Assembly: GCA_964392665.1 (NCBI GenBank)
Contig: CAYMQB010000006.1
Coordinates: forward strand, 7,856 to 71,855
DNA: 64,000 bases
Direction: 5' to 3'
Source of the DNA: an uncultured bacterium
GTDB lineage: Bacteria; Hydrothermota; E44-bin80
Shown: positions 51,058-59,460 of the stretch, piece by piece
How positions within the stretch are numbered: position 1 is the first letter of the stretch
How the letters are laid out: each line of letters begins with the position of its first letter
Notes under the pieces: model-generated
Told to the model about the DNA's origin: nothing
The model's input: only the letters and a program-made list of their open reading frames with translations
The model's database searches: none
Position numbers and translations under genes: made by a program

Positions 51058-53097
51058 TTACAAATCCCGAGATATTGTTAAACTGCTTTTCTCAGATTGG
51101 AGAATCTGTTCAAAGAATTTTTTTACAGTGTCATAATCATAGGCAGGTATTGTTGTTTTAATGATAGAGAAATGCTTATTTATGACAATGTTTTCACCAT
51201 CCTTAAGACAGGATAATGAATAGTTACCGAAATCGTATGATATTTCCACAGGTTCTATATTTGTATTGATGTTGCAAGTTTTTCCTGTTTTAAACTTCAC
51301 AATTTCGATGACGGTTTTAGGATAGTCAAAACAGATTGCATGTGAACGAGTTTCCCTTGTGAGCACGTCTACTATTGTGTTTCGCAGGATGTTTGGAGAC
51401 AGCACAGAGAAATCCTTTACTTTCTGAATAGTGGATGGAAAATGAAATCGGTAAGCTATTACTAAAGGCTGCGAAAGATCAAAGAGTCCTGAGACAGAGT
51501 AGTCTTCAAGTATAGCACCCGTGCAGAGCCGTGAAAGTTTCTTTTCGATGAATTCTCTTTTTTCGGTTTCGCTCTGTTGCCGTAATATTGTGCGGGTAAG
51601 GATGGCTTCCTGTCCTGTTTTCGTGCTTTTCATAACACAGGAAAAAGTTTTATCTCCACTGATATCGACTTCGCATTCTCGAATGGTTTGGTTCGCTCTT
51701 GCTGAAGAAGATGGAATGGTGAGTAGTTTGCTTTCGTTTTCCTTTATTAGCAGTGCCCGTGTATTTTCCAGGTACCATGGAATTTGACAGAATGGGGTTG
51801 CTCGAGATGTAGGGTCAAACAACACAAAATCATCCGCGGTGGTGTAATCCTTGTCTCCTTTAACCACAAAGTTTTTATAGCCCTTTACGTCTGTGAAGTA
51901 AGTGGCTGGAACTGCAACTATCATATGATTGAACTGCTGACCGGACACGAAACCCTCCACGATTTTACCCGAAGAAGCGGTTCGAGAAAGAACAGGAAAT
52001 GCATCGATTCCTATTTCTTTTAACATTGTGATAAGAAGGAAAGCTTTATCCTTGCAGTCACCGTATTTATTCGTGAAGACCTTGATTGGTTTGTGAGGGA
52101 TAACCCTTCCCCTCTTGATTTCAATAGCAACATAACGGATTTTGGATTGTACACAGTCGTAAATGCTTTGTATTTTTTCCTGTTCAGAAGTAATATCGGC
52201 TGTAAGTTCATTGACCTTTGACTTGATAGCCTTGTCTTGCTTTATATCTTTCTTGAGCATCTGCCAGTAATGTTTACCGAGTATTTCCCATGAGTCTCCT
52301 TCTATTGTTGCTGTGACTCCATAGAGGGAAAGCGCAGAGAGTGAAAAGTAGATTTTGCTTGTTATTTCAGAAGAGGGTGGCATAAAAGGTTCGGGTTTGA
52401 GAGGAGGCGTATCCTTTGCCTTGAATATCGCTTTTACTTTTGCTGCCGGATGTGATATGGATTTGTCTATAGGGAAATCTTTTCTTGCTGCCAACAGGAA
52501 ACGGTACTTAAGAAAATCCGGTACCTCAAGTGTAATTCTTGAAAGCAAAATAGGTACCTCCCCCTGGAATGTCCAGGATGGGGCAAAAGGTGATTTATAT
52601 AGAATGGAATAGGAGTATTCGATTACAGAACCCTTTTCTACTCCAGGCATAGCGAAAACCTTTGATTTTGAATCCGCATAGAGTACATAATCAGGGAAAA
52701 GCGTTTTTTCATGTATATCAGTGGGTTGCAATTCGATAACTGTATTGTCCTTTTTGATTGTTCTTCCTTTTATATTGTGAACCTCATTTCCTTCATCAAA
52801 TGGGATTTCAATGTTTGCGTATCTTAAGCCTGCTTCATTCAGAATCCTGACAATGACATGCCTCGTGAAGATAAATTTTCCGGTAACATTGAATTCTCCG
52901 TCGTCGAGAAGAAATACTGCACTTGCGTCTGGATAATCTTTTTGTTCCGGGAGATTTTCCAAATCCAATTGTTCCCATTCGACCTTCTTGAAGTGGGTAC
53001 TTCTCGTGGAAGAACAGTCAAGACTGAGCATGAAGAATACTGCAAGGAGCATATAAAAAATGATTTTGTAAAGGTAACGAAAGAGAGAGTTTATCAT
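51058..53097 (-). CDS. DUF3857 + transglutaminase-like lipoprotein
   Basis: Lipobox-like SLD-C; GSVIEYSY; triad YGDCKD, FNHMI, FDPT. Confidence 0.85.
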   Translation of the reverse strand: MINSLFRYLYKIIFYMLLAVFFMLSLDCSSTRSTHFKKVEWEQLDLENLPEQKDYPDASAVFLLDDGEFNVTGKFIFTRHVIVRILNEAGLRYANIEIPFDEGNEVHNIKGRTIKKDNTVIELQPTDIHEKTLFPDYVLYADSKSKVFAMPGVEKGSVIEYSYSILYKSPFAPSWTFQGEVPILLSRITLEVPDFLKYRFLLAARKDFPIDKSISHPAAKVKAIFKAKDTPPLKPEPFMPPSSEITSKIYFSLSALSLYGVTATIEGDSWEILGKHYWQMLKKDIKQDKAIKSKVNELTADITSEQEKIQSIYDCVQSKIRYVAIEIKRGRVIPHKPIKVFTNKYGDCKDKAFLLITMLKEIGIDAFPVLSRTASSGKIVEGFVSGQQFNHMIVAVPATYFTDVKGYKNFVVKGDKDYTTADDFVLFDPTSRATPFCQIPWYLENTRALLIKENESKLLTIPSSSARANQTIRECEVDISGDKTFSCVMKSTKTGQEAILTRTILRQQSETEKREFIEKKLSRLCTGAILEDYSVSGLFDLSQPLVIAYRFHFPSTIQKVKDFSVLSPNILRNTIVDVLTRETRSHAICFDYPKTVIEIVKFKTGKTCNINTNIEPVEISYDFGNYSLSCLKDGENIVINKHFSIIKTTIPAYDYDTVKKFFEQILQSEKSSLTISRDL

Positions 53098-53275
53098 TTT
53101 GCCCTCCGAAAGTTAATTTTTTCGTTATGGCTTATTATCACCTAATTCACAAGTATGACAATTTACAATGTCAATGTAGTATTATTACAAGACTATGATT
53201 CAATATATACTGTAGTATCAGCTATTTGTCAAGCAAAATTGATTAAAGGCGTATTGGGGTCAAAGGCGTATTACG

Positions 53276-53301
53276 GTCATATCTGCGGAAGCAGGTATCC
53301 A
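53276..53301. repeat. Short GTCAT..CTGC-GGAA-GCAG..ATCCA hairpin repeat
   Basis: GTCATATCTGCGGAAGCAGGTATCCA resembles GTCATTCCCGCGAAAGCGGGAATCCA-type repeats. Confidence 0.5.
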
Positions 53302-53389
53302 CAATAGATTCCATCTTTTCATTTTTCTAATTTCCTTTTTTGTTTCAACTCTTATATTCTTCCAATCCCTGTTAATTTTGTCTTTTTCC

Positions 53390-53420
53390 TTGACAGGGAA
53401 TTATGATCATTGTATATAAT
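53390..53420 (+). promoter_or_regulatory. sigma70-type promoter for radical SAM gene
   Basis: TTGACA then TATATAAT at 17-19 bp. Confidence 0.55.
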
Positions 53421-53463
53421 AAATAGTCAGTCGGAGAAACAGGAAAGATGGAAGATTTGAAGA

Positions 53464-53499
53464 AAACTAAAAAAACCAAATAAACCAAATAAACTAAGT
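53464..53499. repeat. Nonamer tandem array
   Basis: AAACTAAAA AAACCAAAT AAACCAAAT AAACTAAGT. Confidence 0.6.
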
Positions 53500-53527
53500 A
53501 ATCTGCGAAAATCAGCATGTAAAAATA

Positions 53528-54853
53528 ATGAAAAAAGTTCTCCTTATCAATCCCTGGATTTATGATTTTTCTGCATTCGACTTCTGGCTAAAACCACTTG
53601 GTTTACTATACATCGCAAGTTTTCTTGAAAAGAAGGGTTTCGATGTGAGTTTTTTGGATTGTCTTGACCGTTTCCATCCTTCTATGATTAAGAATGGCAT
53701 TGAACCTACTAATAGAGGATATGGCACTGGCAGGTTCTATGAAGAAGAGATTGCTAAACCTGAAGAACTGAAAAGCATTCGGAGGAAATACAAAAGATTT
53801 GGCATTCCCTATTCCATTGTTAAGAGGAAATTGAAAGAGATGAAGGATATCGATGCAGTTGTTATTACTTCCATTATGACCTATTGGTACTCGGGTGTAT
53901 TTGAGATAATAAAACTTGCGAGAGAAGAGCTACCAGGAGCAAAAATTATTCTTGGAGGTATCTATCCCACACTCTTGACAGAACATGCGAGAAATAAGAG
54001 TGGGGCAGATGCGGTCATCCGTGGTTTGAATATTCATCCTCTGGCTGATGAGTTGGGAGATAGTGAAGAAAGTGAGTTTATTGCAGAAGAATTCTTCAAT
54101 ACTTCTTCTCCTGCATATCATCTTTATGATAGGCTTCCTTATGTTTCAATGGTGACCTCTTTAGGTTGTCCATTCCACTGCACTTATTGTGTCTCTAATT
54201 TGCTTACGCCTGAATTTTTCCCTGTTAAGAAGGAGAAAATCTTGAGCGAAATTGATATTTATGTGAACAAATTAAAGGTGAAAGATATTGCATTCTACGA
54301 TGATGCAATGCTCTTTAATGCTGAAAAGCACTTTCTGCCTTTGTTCGAGGAAGTATTTAAAAGACAATATGCAGTTAGATTTCATACACCTAATGGTCTC
54401 AATGCGAGATTTATAACAGAAGAAGTGGCTCTAATGCTTTACAGATGCAATTTTCAGACAATCAGAATAGGATTTGAGAGCAGTCAGAGGGAGTTTCAGA
54501 AGCAGACAGGTGGTAAGGTAACAGAGGGAGAGGTCGAATGTGCAGTTTCAAACCTTCTTAAGGCTGGTGTTCCGAAGAAGAATGTTGGTATTTACATAAT
54601 GGCAGGAAGAATGGATGAGAAAATAGACGATGTTATGAAAACAATGGAATTCATTCAACATCTTGGAACGAAGGTTTTTGTCAGTGAATATTCACCTGTT
54701 CCCGGTTCTGCGGATTTCCAAAGATTTGGAAATTTTGAAGGTTTAGACGCACTCTGGCAGAACAATTCCATTGCGTTCTTGAGAAACGGTTGGAGTTTTG
54801 GGGATATGCAGAGAATCAAGGATATGAAGAATAGAATAAATAAGGCGATATGA
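53528..54853 (+). CDS. B12-binding radical SAM protein
   Basis: N-terminal KVLLINP..PLGLLYIA, GGIYPT; CPFHCTYC; FYDD, TPNGL, GFES. Confidence 0.9.
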   Translation: MKKVLLINPWIYDFSAFDFWLKPLGLLYIASFLEKKGFDVSFLDCLDRFHPSMIKNGIEPTNRGYGTGRFYEEEIAKPEELKSIRRKYKRFGIPYSIVKRKLKEMKDIDAVVITSIMTYWYSGVFEIIKLAREELPGAKIILGGIYPTLLTEHARNKSGADAVIRGLNIHPLADELGDSEESEFIAEEFFNTSSPAYHLYDRLPYVSMVTSLGCPFHCTYCVSNLLTPEFFPVKKEKILSEIDIYVNKLKVKDIAFYDDAMLFNAEKHFLPLFEEVFKRQYAVRFHTPNGLNARFITEEVALMLYRCNFQTIRIGFESSQREFQKQTGGKVTEGEVECAVSNLLKAGVPKKNVGIYIMAGRMDEKIDDVMKTMEFIQHLGTKVFVSEYSPVPGSADFQRFGNFEGLDALWQNNSIAFLRNGWSFGDMQRIKDMKNRINKAI

Positions 54854-55028
54854 AATGCACGAGTTATTTATTGAGTGAGTTTTTCTGGAAATACCAATTT
54901 TTAAGAGACTACTGCAATTCTTCAAATGAATAGAATTCATTAATCCGGATAAGGTATTCCTTCAAAGTGCTTAATACTCGCTGTGTATCCGCATTCCCTT
55001 CTTCTTATGGGTTTTATAATCTGTTAAT

Positions 55029-55982
55029 TCATACGACAATGTGCTCCGGTGTTTTTCCTTCTAAAACATCGATAATACTCTGTGCTGACATCTGAGCCAT
55101 TTTTTCTCTCGTTTCGTGGGAAGCACTACCGATATGTGGTGTTAAGACAACATTGTTGAGGCTCAACAATGTCTTGTTGACGGCAGGCTCCTTTTCATAC
55201 ACATCAAGACCAGCTCCTGCTATCTGTTTTTTCTTAAGGGCATTTGCAAGGGTTTTTTCATCGACAACAGAACCCCGTGAAGTGTTTATCATAATCGCTG
55301 TTTTCCTCATCAATGCAATCTCTTTCGCTCCGATTAGATGATATGTCTTTTTTGTCAAAGGTAAGTGGAGTGAGATAAAATCCGATTCTGCGAGAAGCTT
55401 CGTCAGTGTGACTTTTTTTGCTTTAAGTTGTTTTTCCATCAAGATGTTCTTACTACGGCTGAAATAAAGAACTCTCATATTAAATCCTCTTGACCTTAAG
55501 GCTACGGCGGTTCCTATACGACCGCTTCCGACTATGCCAAGTGTTTTCCCGTGAATATCATAGCCCAGCAGTAGTGTTGGCTGCCAGCCTTTGAATTTTT
55601 TACGTCTCATAATTTTATCACCATCGGGGATTCTTCTTGCTGTTGCAAACAGCAGTGCCCAGGCAAGATCTGCTGTAGTTTCCGTTAAGACATCAGGGGT
55701 ATTGGTCACTGTGATGTTTCTTCTTGTTGCTTCTGTGATGTCTATATTATCGTATCCAACCGCATAGTTCGCAATAACCTTCAGGTTTCTTGATGCATCC
55801 ATCACATCCTTGTCGATTCTATCGTTTAACAACGAAAGGATTGCGTCCACATCTTTTGTCTTTTTAATAATTTCCTTTTTCGTTAACTGTCTACCTTTTT
55901 CGTTAATTCGAAGCTGGAAGTGATTCTTCAGCATTTTGATTGCCACTTCAGGGATTCTTCTTGTTATAAAGATTTTTTTCAT
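55029..55982 (-). CDS. D-2-hydroxyacid dehydrogenase (glyoxylate/D-glycerate type)
   Basis: AVGYDNID, NTPDVLTETTAD, GIVGSGRIG, INTSRG, LDVYEKEP, PHIGSAS. Confidence 0.93.
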   Translation of the reverse strand: MKKIFITRRIPEVAIKMLKNHFQLRINEKGRQLTKKEIIKKTKDVDAILSLLNDRIDKDVMDASRNLKVIANYAVGYDNIDITEATRRNITVTNTPDVLTETTADLAWALLFATARRIPDGDKIMRRKKFKGWQPTLLLGYDIHGKTLGIVGSGRIGTAVALRSRGFNMRVLYFSRSKNILMEKQLKAKKVTLTKLLAESDFISLHLPLTKKTYHLIGAKEIALMRKTAIMINTSRGSVVDEKTLANALKKKQIAGAGLDVYEKEPAVNKTLLSLNNVVLTPHIGSASHETREKMAQMSAQSIIDVLEGKTPEHIVV

Positions 55983-55986
55983 TTGA

Positions 55987-56013
55987 AACTAATAAAACTA
56001 ATCCAACTAATTC
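55987..56013. repeat. Nonamer tandem array
   Basis: AACTAATAA AACTAATCC AACTAATTC. Confidence 0.55.
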
Positions 56014-56026
56014 AACAGCTCAATTG

Positions 56027-56440
56027 TTATTTCTTGAGTTCAATAAACAGAAGATACCCGGCGACGATTCCTACTCCATCTACAGCAATGTCCTTCCAGC
56101 TCCATCCTGTTTTCCTATAGTTTTTATCAATAAATTCCTTTCCAATTCCGCATACCCCTGCAATGGAGACCGAGAAATAGATGCTGTTTTTCTGTGGATT
56201 ATTGAACTGACAGTGATAACAGTGGTAGGATAAGCCTGTAATACTTGCACTTGCGGCAAAATGAAGAAACTTATCTACACCAAACCAGCTGTCCGCATTA
56301 TCAATTTTTAATTCTTCTTTTTTATTGTTGCTATATGTTATGTCTTTAGCAGAAGCATCAATTATAAGGGTCACAGTTAGAAGAATGATTAGGAGAATAC
56401 TATAAATCACATTCCTCACTTTTAATAGCTTTTTTTCCAT
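56027..56440 (-). CDS. YfiM/DUF2279-like membrane protein
   Basis: DSWFGVDKFLHF, GIGKEFID, GWSWKDIAVD. Confidence 0.75.
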   Translation of the reverse strand: MEKKLLKVRNVIYSILLIILLTVTLIIDASAKDITYSNNKKEELKIDNADSWFGVDKFLHFAASASITGLSYHCYHCQFNNPQKNSIYFSVSIAGVCGIGKEFIDKNYRKTGWSWKDIAVDGVGIVAGYLLFIELKK

Positions 56441-56454
56441 TTCAGATTGAGATT

Positions 56455-59400
56455 TTAAGGACTGGTTACCTTTTTATACTTCACCTCATAAGGTAAATTG
56501 TTACCCTCGGTCCATACTGTATGAAGGTTTCTTCCAAATGGAGTTGTCTCTATGTAACTTTGTGGATATTCCGAGGGACTATTTGTTGAATCTATTACAA
56601 CCGATGCACCCCAGCCAAAAGCAGACCTCTTTCTGTAAACGATGTGCGAGTAATTGCCTGGTGGGAACAGCGGCACCTCGGTGAAAGCACATAGGTCTCC
56701 ACCCAACATCTGTGGACTTCTTGATGTCAATGAGGTATTGCTTACCGTCTCTATCGACTGCCAGTTTGCCCCCGACTTCTTTCTATATTTGACTTTATTA
56801 TCTTCTTCCCATACTATGTGTATATTCCCATTTGCAACATCACAGAAAGGATGTTTCGATGTGTTTGCTGCAACAGAAACAGTCTCCGGGTCACTGGGCC
56901 ATCCACCTACACCCTTTTCTTTGAAATAAATAGTATGCTTCCCTGTTCCTATAGACCTTGACCAGGCGATAACAGGAATTGTATCATTTTTCATTGCAAT
57001 GGATGCACATTCCAACTCAAGCCCTTGAGTCCACTGCGAAACATATTCACTTGCAGTGTCAACCACAGCAGTGTCCTGTATGGACCCAGGAATCTGGAAT
57101 TTCTTGTAATATAATTTATAGGTGATGTAGCCCGGATACGTTGATGGTTCAGTCAATACACCGTAGGCAAAATGTTTCATTGTCCCAGAAACCTGTATTA
57201 CAGGTGATGAGATATGGGACATAACACCAACCATCTCTGGAATTGTACAAAGAGTGCAGGGTTTCGCCAAAAGCCATTTGGCACTATCGACTTTATAAGA
57301 GTTATATAAGATTGTATTCTGTCTTCGCCATATCGCTTCGTAAAAGTTAGTTCCTCTCTTTGCAATTGCCGGGAAAGAACCATAGTAAAGTGTAGTATCA
57401 GGGCTTAGTTCATTGGATGACCCTGGCTTCATATCTGCAAAACGAATAGTCGCCTTTGAATCATAAACGGTAAAGACTTCTCCGTTATCTCCTATAATTA
57501 CCTTCCGCTGGTTATTCATTCCCGTTGCATTGGATGAATCAACTGGATAAGGATACTTAAGAAGCACTGCCGCCGTTGCAGGATAGAGTTTTATTTGAGT
57601 GGTAGGATAGTATTTCATTTTTCCACCGTGAAATACACTTTTCCCCACAGGTGACACATTGTAAAATGTTGTATTGAAATTGACATAGGCGTTATGGGCA
57701 GTATCCGCTTCTGAGAAATTTATTATGCTCTTACCATTTGTGTAATCCCTCACATATACGCTGTCACCTTCATCAAAATACTGCCATATAGAGTCTTTGG
57801 TCTCTGTCGGACTGCCGAGTTCTATATTGAACTCTGGAAAATAATTGAACTTGCTCAAGGAATCTGTATAATAAAGATATGTCCTGTTACCCTTTGCAAG
57901 CAAATAACTTGCAAGGCAGAACATCCTGTCGGTAATACTGTCCTCATACACATATCTATTAAATATGAAACACGCCTTATCTAATGTGTCAACTGCCATA
58001 ACTGCATCCAAACGATTGTCCCATTCGCTAAAGCGGTCTTTATTCCAGGGCTTCATCGTTTCACACAGGACACCGTCAACAGGTTCGCTGAGCTGCTCGT
58101 AGGTTTTGCTTGTAAGGGAATTATACATCACTAATTTAGGGGTAATGGTCTGCTTCATTTCAGCAAGAAAATCTGTTACGATGTCAAACCATAGGTCTCT
58201 ATCCCTTCTATGTGTATAGTCAAGACAGTCAAAAAACCAATACCAGAGAGAAACATTGTCATGATAGATACCGTTTACATCCCCTGGTGAAGTGAGATAG
58301 GATACCCTTTCTTTTAACATATCCCTCCATATAGAAGAACTATCGGGATTCATAAAATACCAACCAGTCTCACTCTGCTTGAATCTGATTCTGTTGTTCA
58401 TATCGGTCGAGTAAAGATATTTCGATGTGTCAGGAGGAAGGGAATAGACATTATCTCCTTTTACAAATCTGAAGAAATATCCATATCCCGCAACCTCTGT
58501 TAAAGGGGTTAATTTAACATCAATATGACCACTGTAGACACCACTTCGTGTCTCCTGCAGATTGTAAATTTCCTTAAATAGTGTATCGTTATTAACTATC
58601 GAGTCACGAAAGTTATGTTCCTTGCTTACATCAACGAAAACTTGTGTTGTATCTGGTGTGCCACCACCGGCATTGGTTACCTCAAAGGTGATACGAATAA
58701 TCGTATCCTGAATAATCGTATCCTGCGAGTGTCCCTTTGTGAGAATGATAGGAGATGGAAGGGGTGTGGGCTTAATACTATCCGTTGTCAATGAAAAGGC
58801 AAATGTGTCGTTATCTGAACCCTCAAGAGAACAGACGGAGGCAATGTAATAGTAATATGGGCTAGCATTTACTACTTCTGTATCTAAGTAAGAATTACCC
58901 GGAAAAGGTTGACTGCTCACTTTTACATAGGGGCCCTCTGGACGTCGTCCTCTATAAACATTATACCCCTTAAAAGCTCCAATCCTATTAAATATCGTAT
59001 CCCTTGCATCCGGTGTCCAGTTAAGTGTTATCTCGTTATTTCCCGGCACTGCTGTCAATCGTGCGGGACAGCCTGAATGTAAAAATGAAAACTCATGCTT
59101 ATTACAGTTCGTCCATTCCGGGAAACTATCTGCATAGTAGTTATCGTATGCAGGTCTCTCGGCAACCAATGACTTATAGCGGAATATCGTTACAAGGGGA
59201 TTATACTTATGTATAGAGTCCCCATAAGATGGTAAATATAAAGGATACCTCGTACCTTCTATAATTAAGTCGAAATGCTCACCAAGAAATCGAGGATAAT
59301 CAGGCTTCTTGAATCCTGGAGGCCAAAAAGTTACCGTCGAACCATCCCATATCCCGAGATGAACATCATTGGTGGTTGACATAAACTCGGGGTCAACAGC

Positions 59401-59460
59401 ATATAATCCGGTTAATACTGTAAAATTTATAAGTAATGTAAGAAATAACTTCTGCTTCAT
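56455..59460 (-). CDS. Secreted multidomain protein: putative GHL15-like TIM-barrel glycosidase with inserted FN3/Ig block plus C-terminal beta-propeller
   Basis: Signal peptide; NP..TIFRY, FLH...NRI, YFMNP, NGIYHDN, DGVLCE, ASYLL, VYVRDYTNG; FN3 (ITLNW..GYNVYR..YLD..YYY). Confidence 0.6.
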   Translation of the reverse strand: MKQKLFLTLLINFTVLTGLYAVDPEFMSTTNDVHLGIWDGSTVTFWPPGFKKPDYPRFLGEHFDLIIEGTRYPLYLPSYGDSIHKYNPLVTIFRYKSLVAERPAYDNYYADSFPEWTNCNKHEFSFLHSGCPARLTAVPGNNEITLNWTPDARDTIFNRIGAFKGYNVYRGRRPEGPYVKVSSQPFPGNSYLDTEVVNASPYYYYIASVCSLEGSDNDTFAFSLTTDSIKPTPLPSPIILTKGHSQDTIIQDTIIRITFEVTNAGGGTPDTTQVFVDVSKEHNFRDSIVNNDTLFKEIYNLQETRSGVYSGHIDVKLTPLTEVAGYGYFFRFVKGDNVYSLPPDTSKYLYSTDMNNRIRFKQSETGWYFMNPDSSSIWRDMLKERVSYLTSPGDVNGIYHDNVSLWYWFFDCLDYTHRRDRDLWFDIVTDFLAEMKQTITPKLVMYNSLTSKTYEQLSEPVDGVLCETMKPWNKDRFSEWDNRLDAVMAVDTLDKACFIFNRYVYEDSITDRMFCLASYLLAKGNRTYLYYTDSLSKFNYFPEFNIELGSPTETKDSIWQYFDEGDSVYVRDYTNGKSIINFSEADTAHNAYVNFNTTFYNVSPVGKSVFHGGKMKYYPTTQIKLYPATAAVLLKYPYPVDSSNATGMNNQRKVIIGDNGEVFTVYDSKATIRFADMKPGSSNELSPDTTLYYGSFPAIAKRGTNFYEAIWRRQNTILYNSYKVDSAKWLLAKPCTLCTIPEMVGVMSHISSPVIQVSGTMKHFAYGVLTEPSTYPGYITYKLYYKKFQIPGSIQDTAVVDTASEYVSQWTQGLELECASIAMKNDTIPVIAWSRSIGTGKHTIYFKEKGVGGWPSDPETVSVAANTSKHPFCDVANGNIHIVWEEDNKVKYRKKSGANWQSIETVSNTSLTSRSPQMLGGDLCAFTEVPLFPPGNYSHIVYRKRSAFGWGASVVIDSTNSPSEYPQSYIETTPFGRNLHTVWTEGNNLPYEVKYKKVTSP

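Noticed and set aside
58711-58735. 15-nt tandem duplication giving QDTIIQDTII
   Set aside because: Single in-frame micro-duplication with no sign of function
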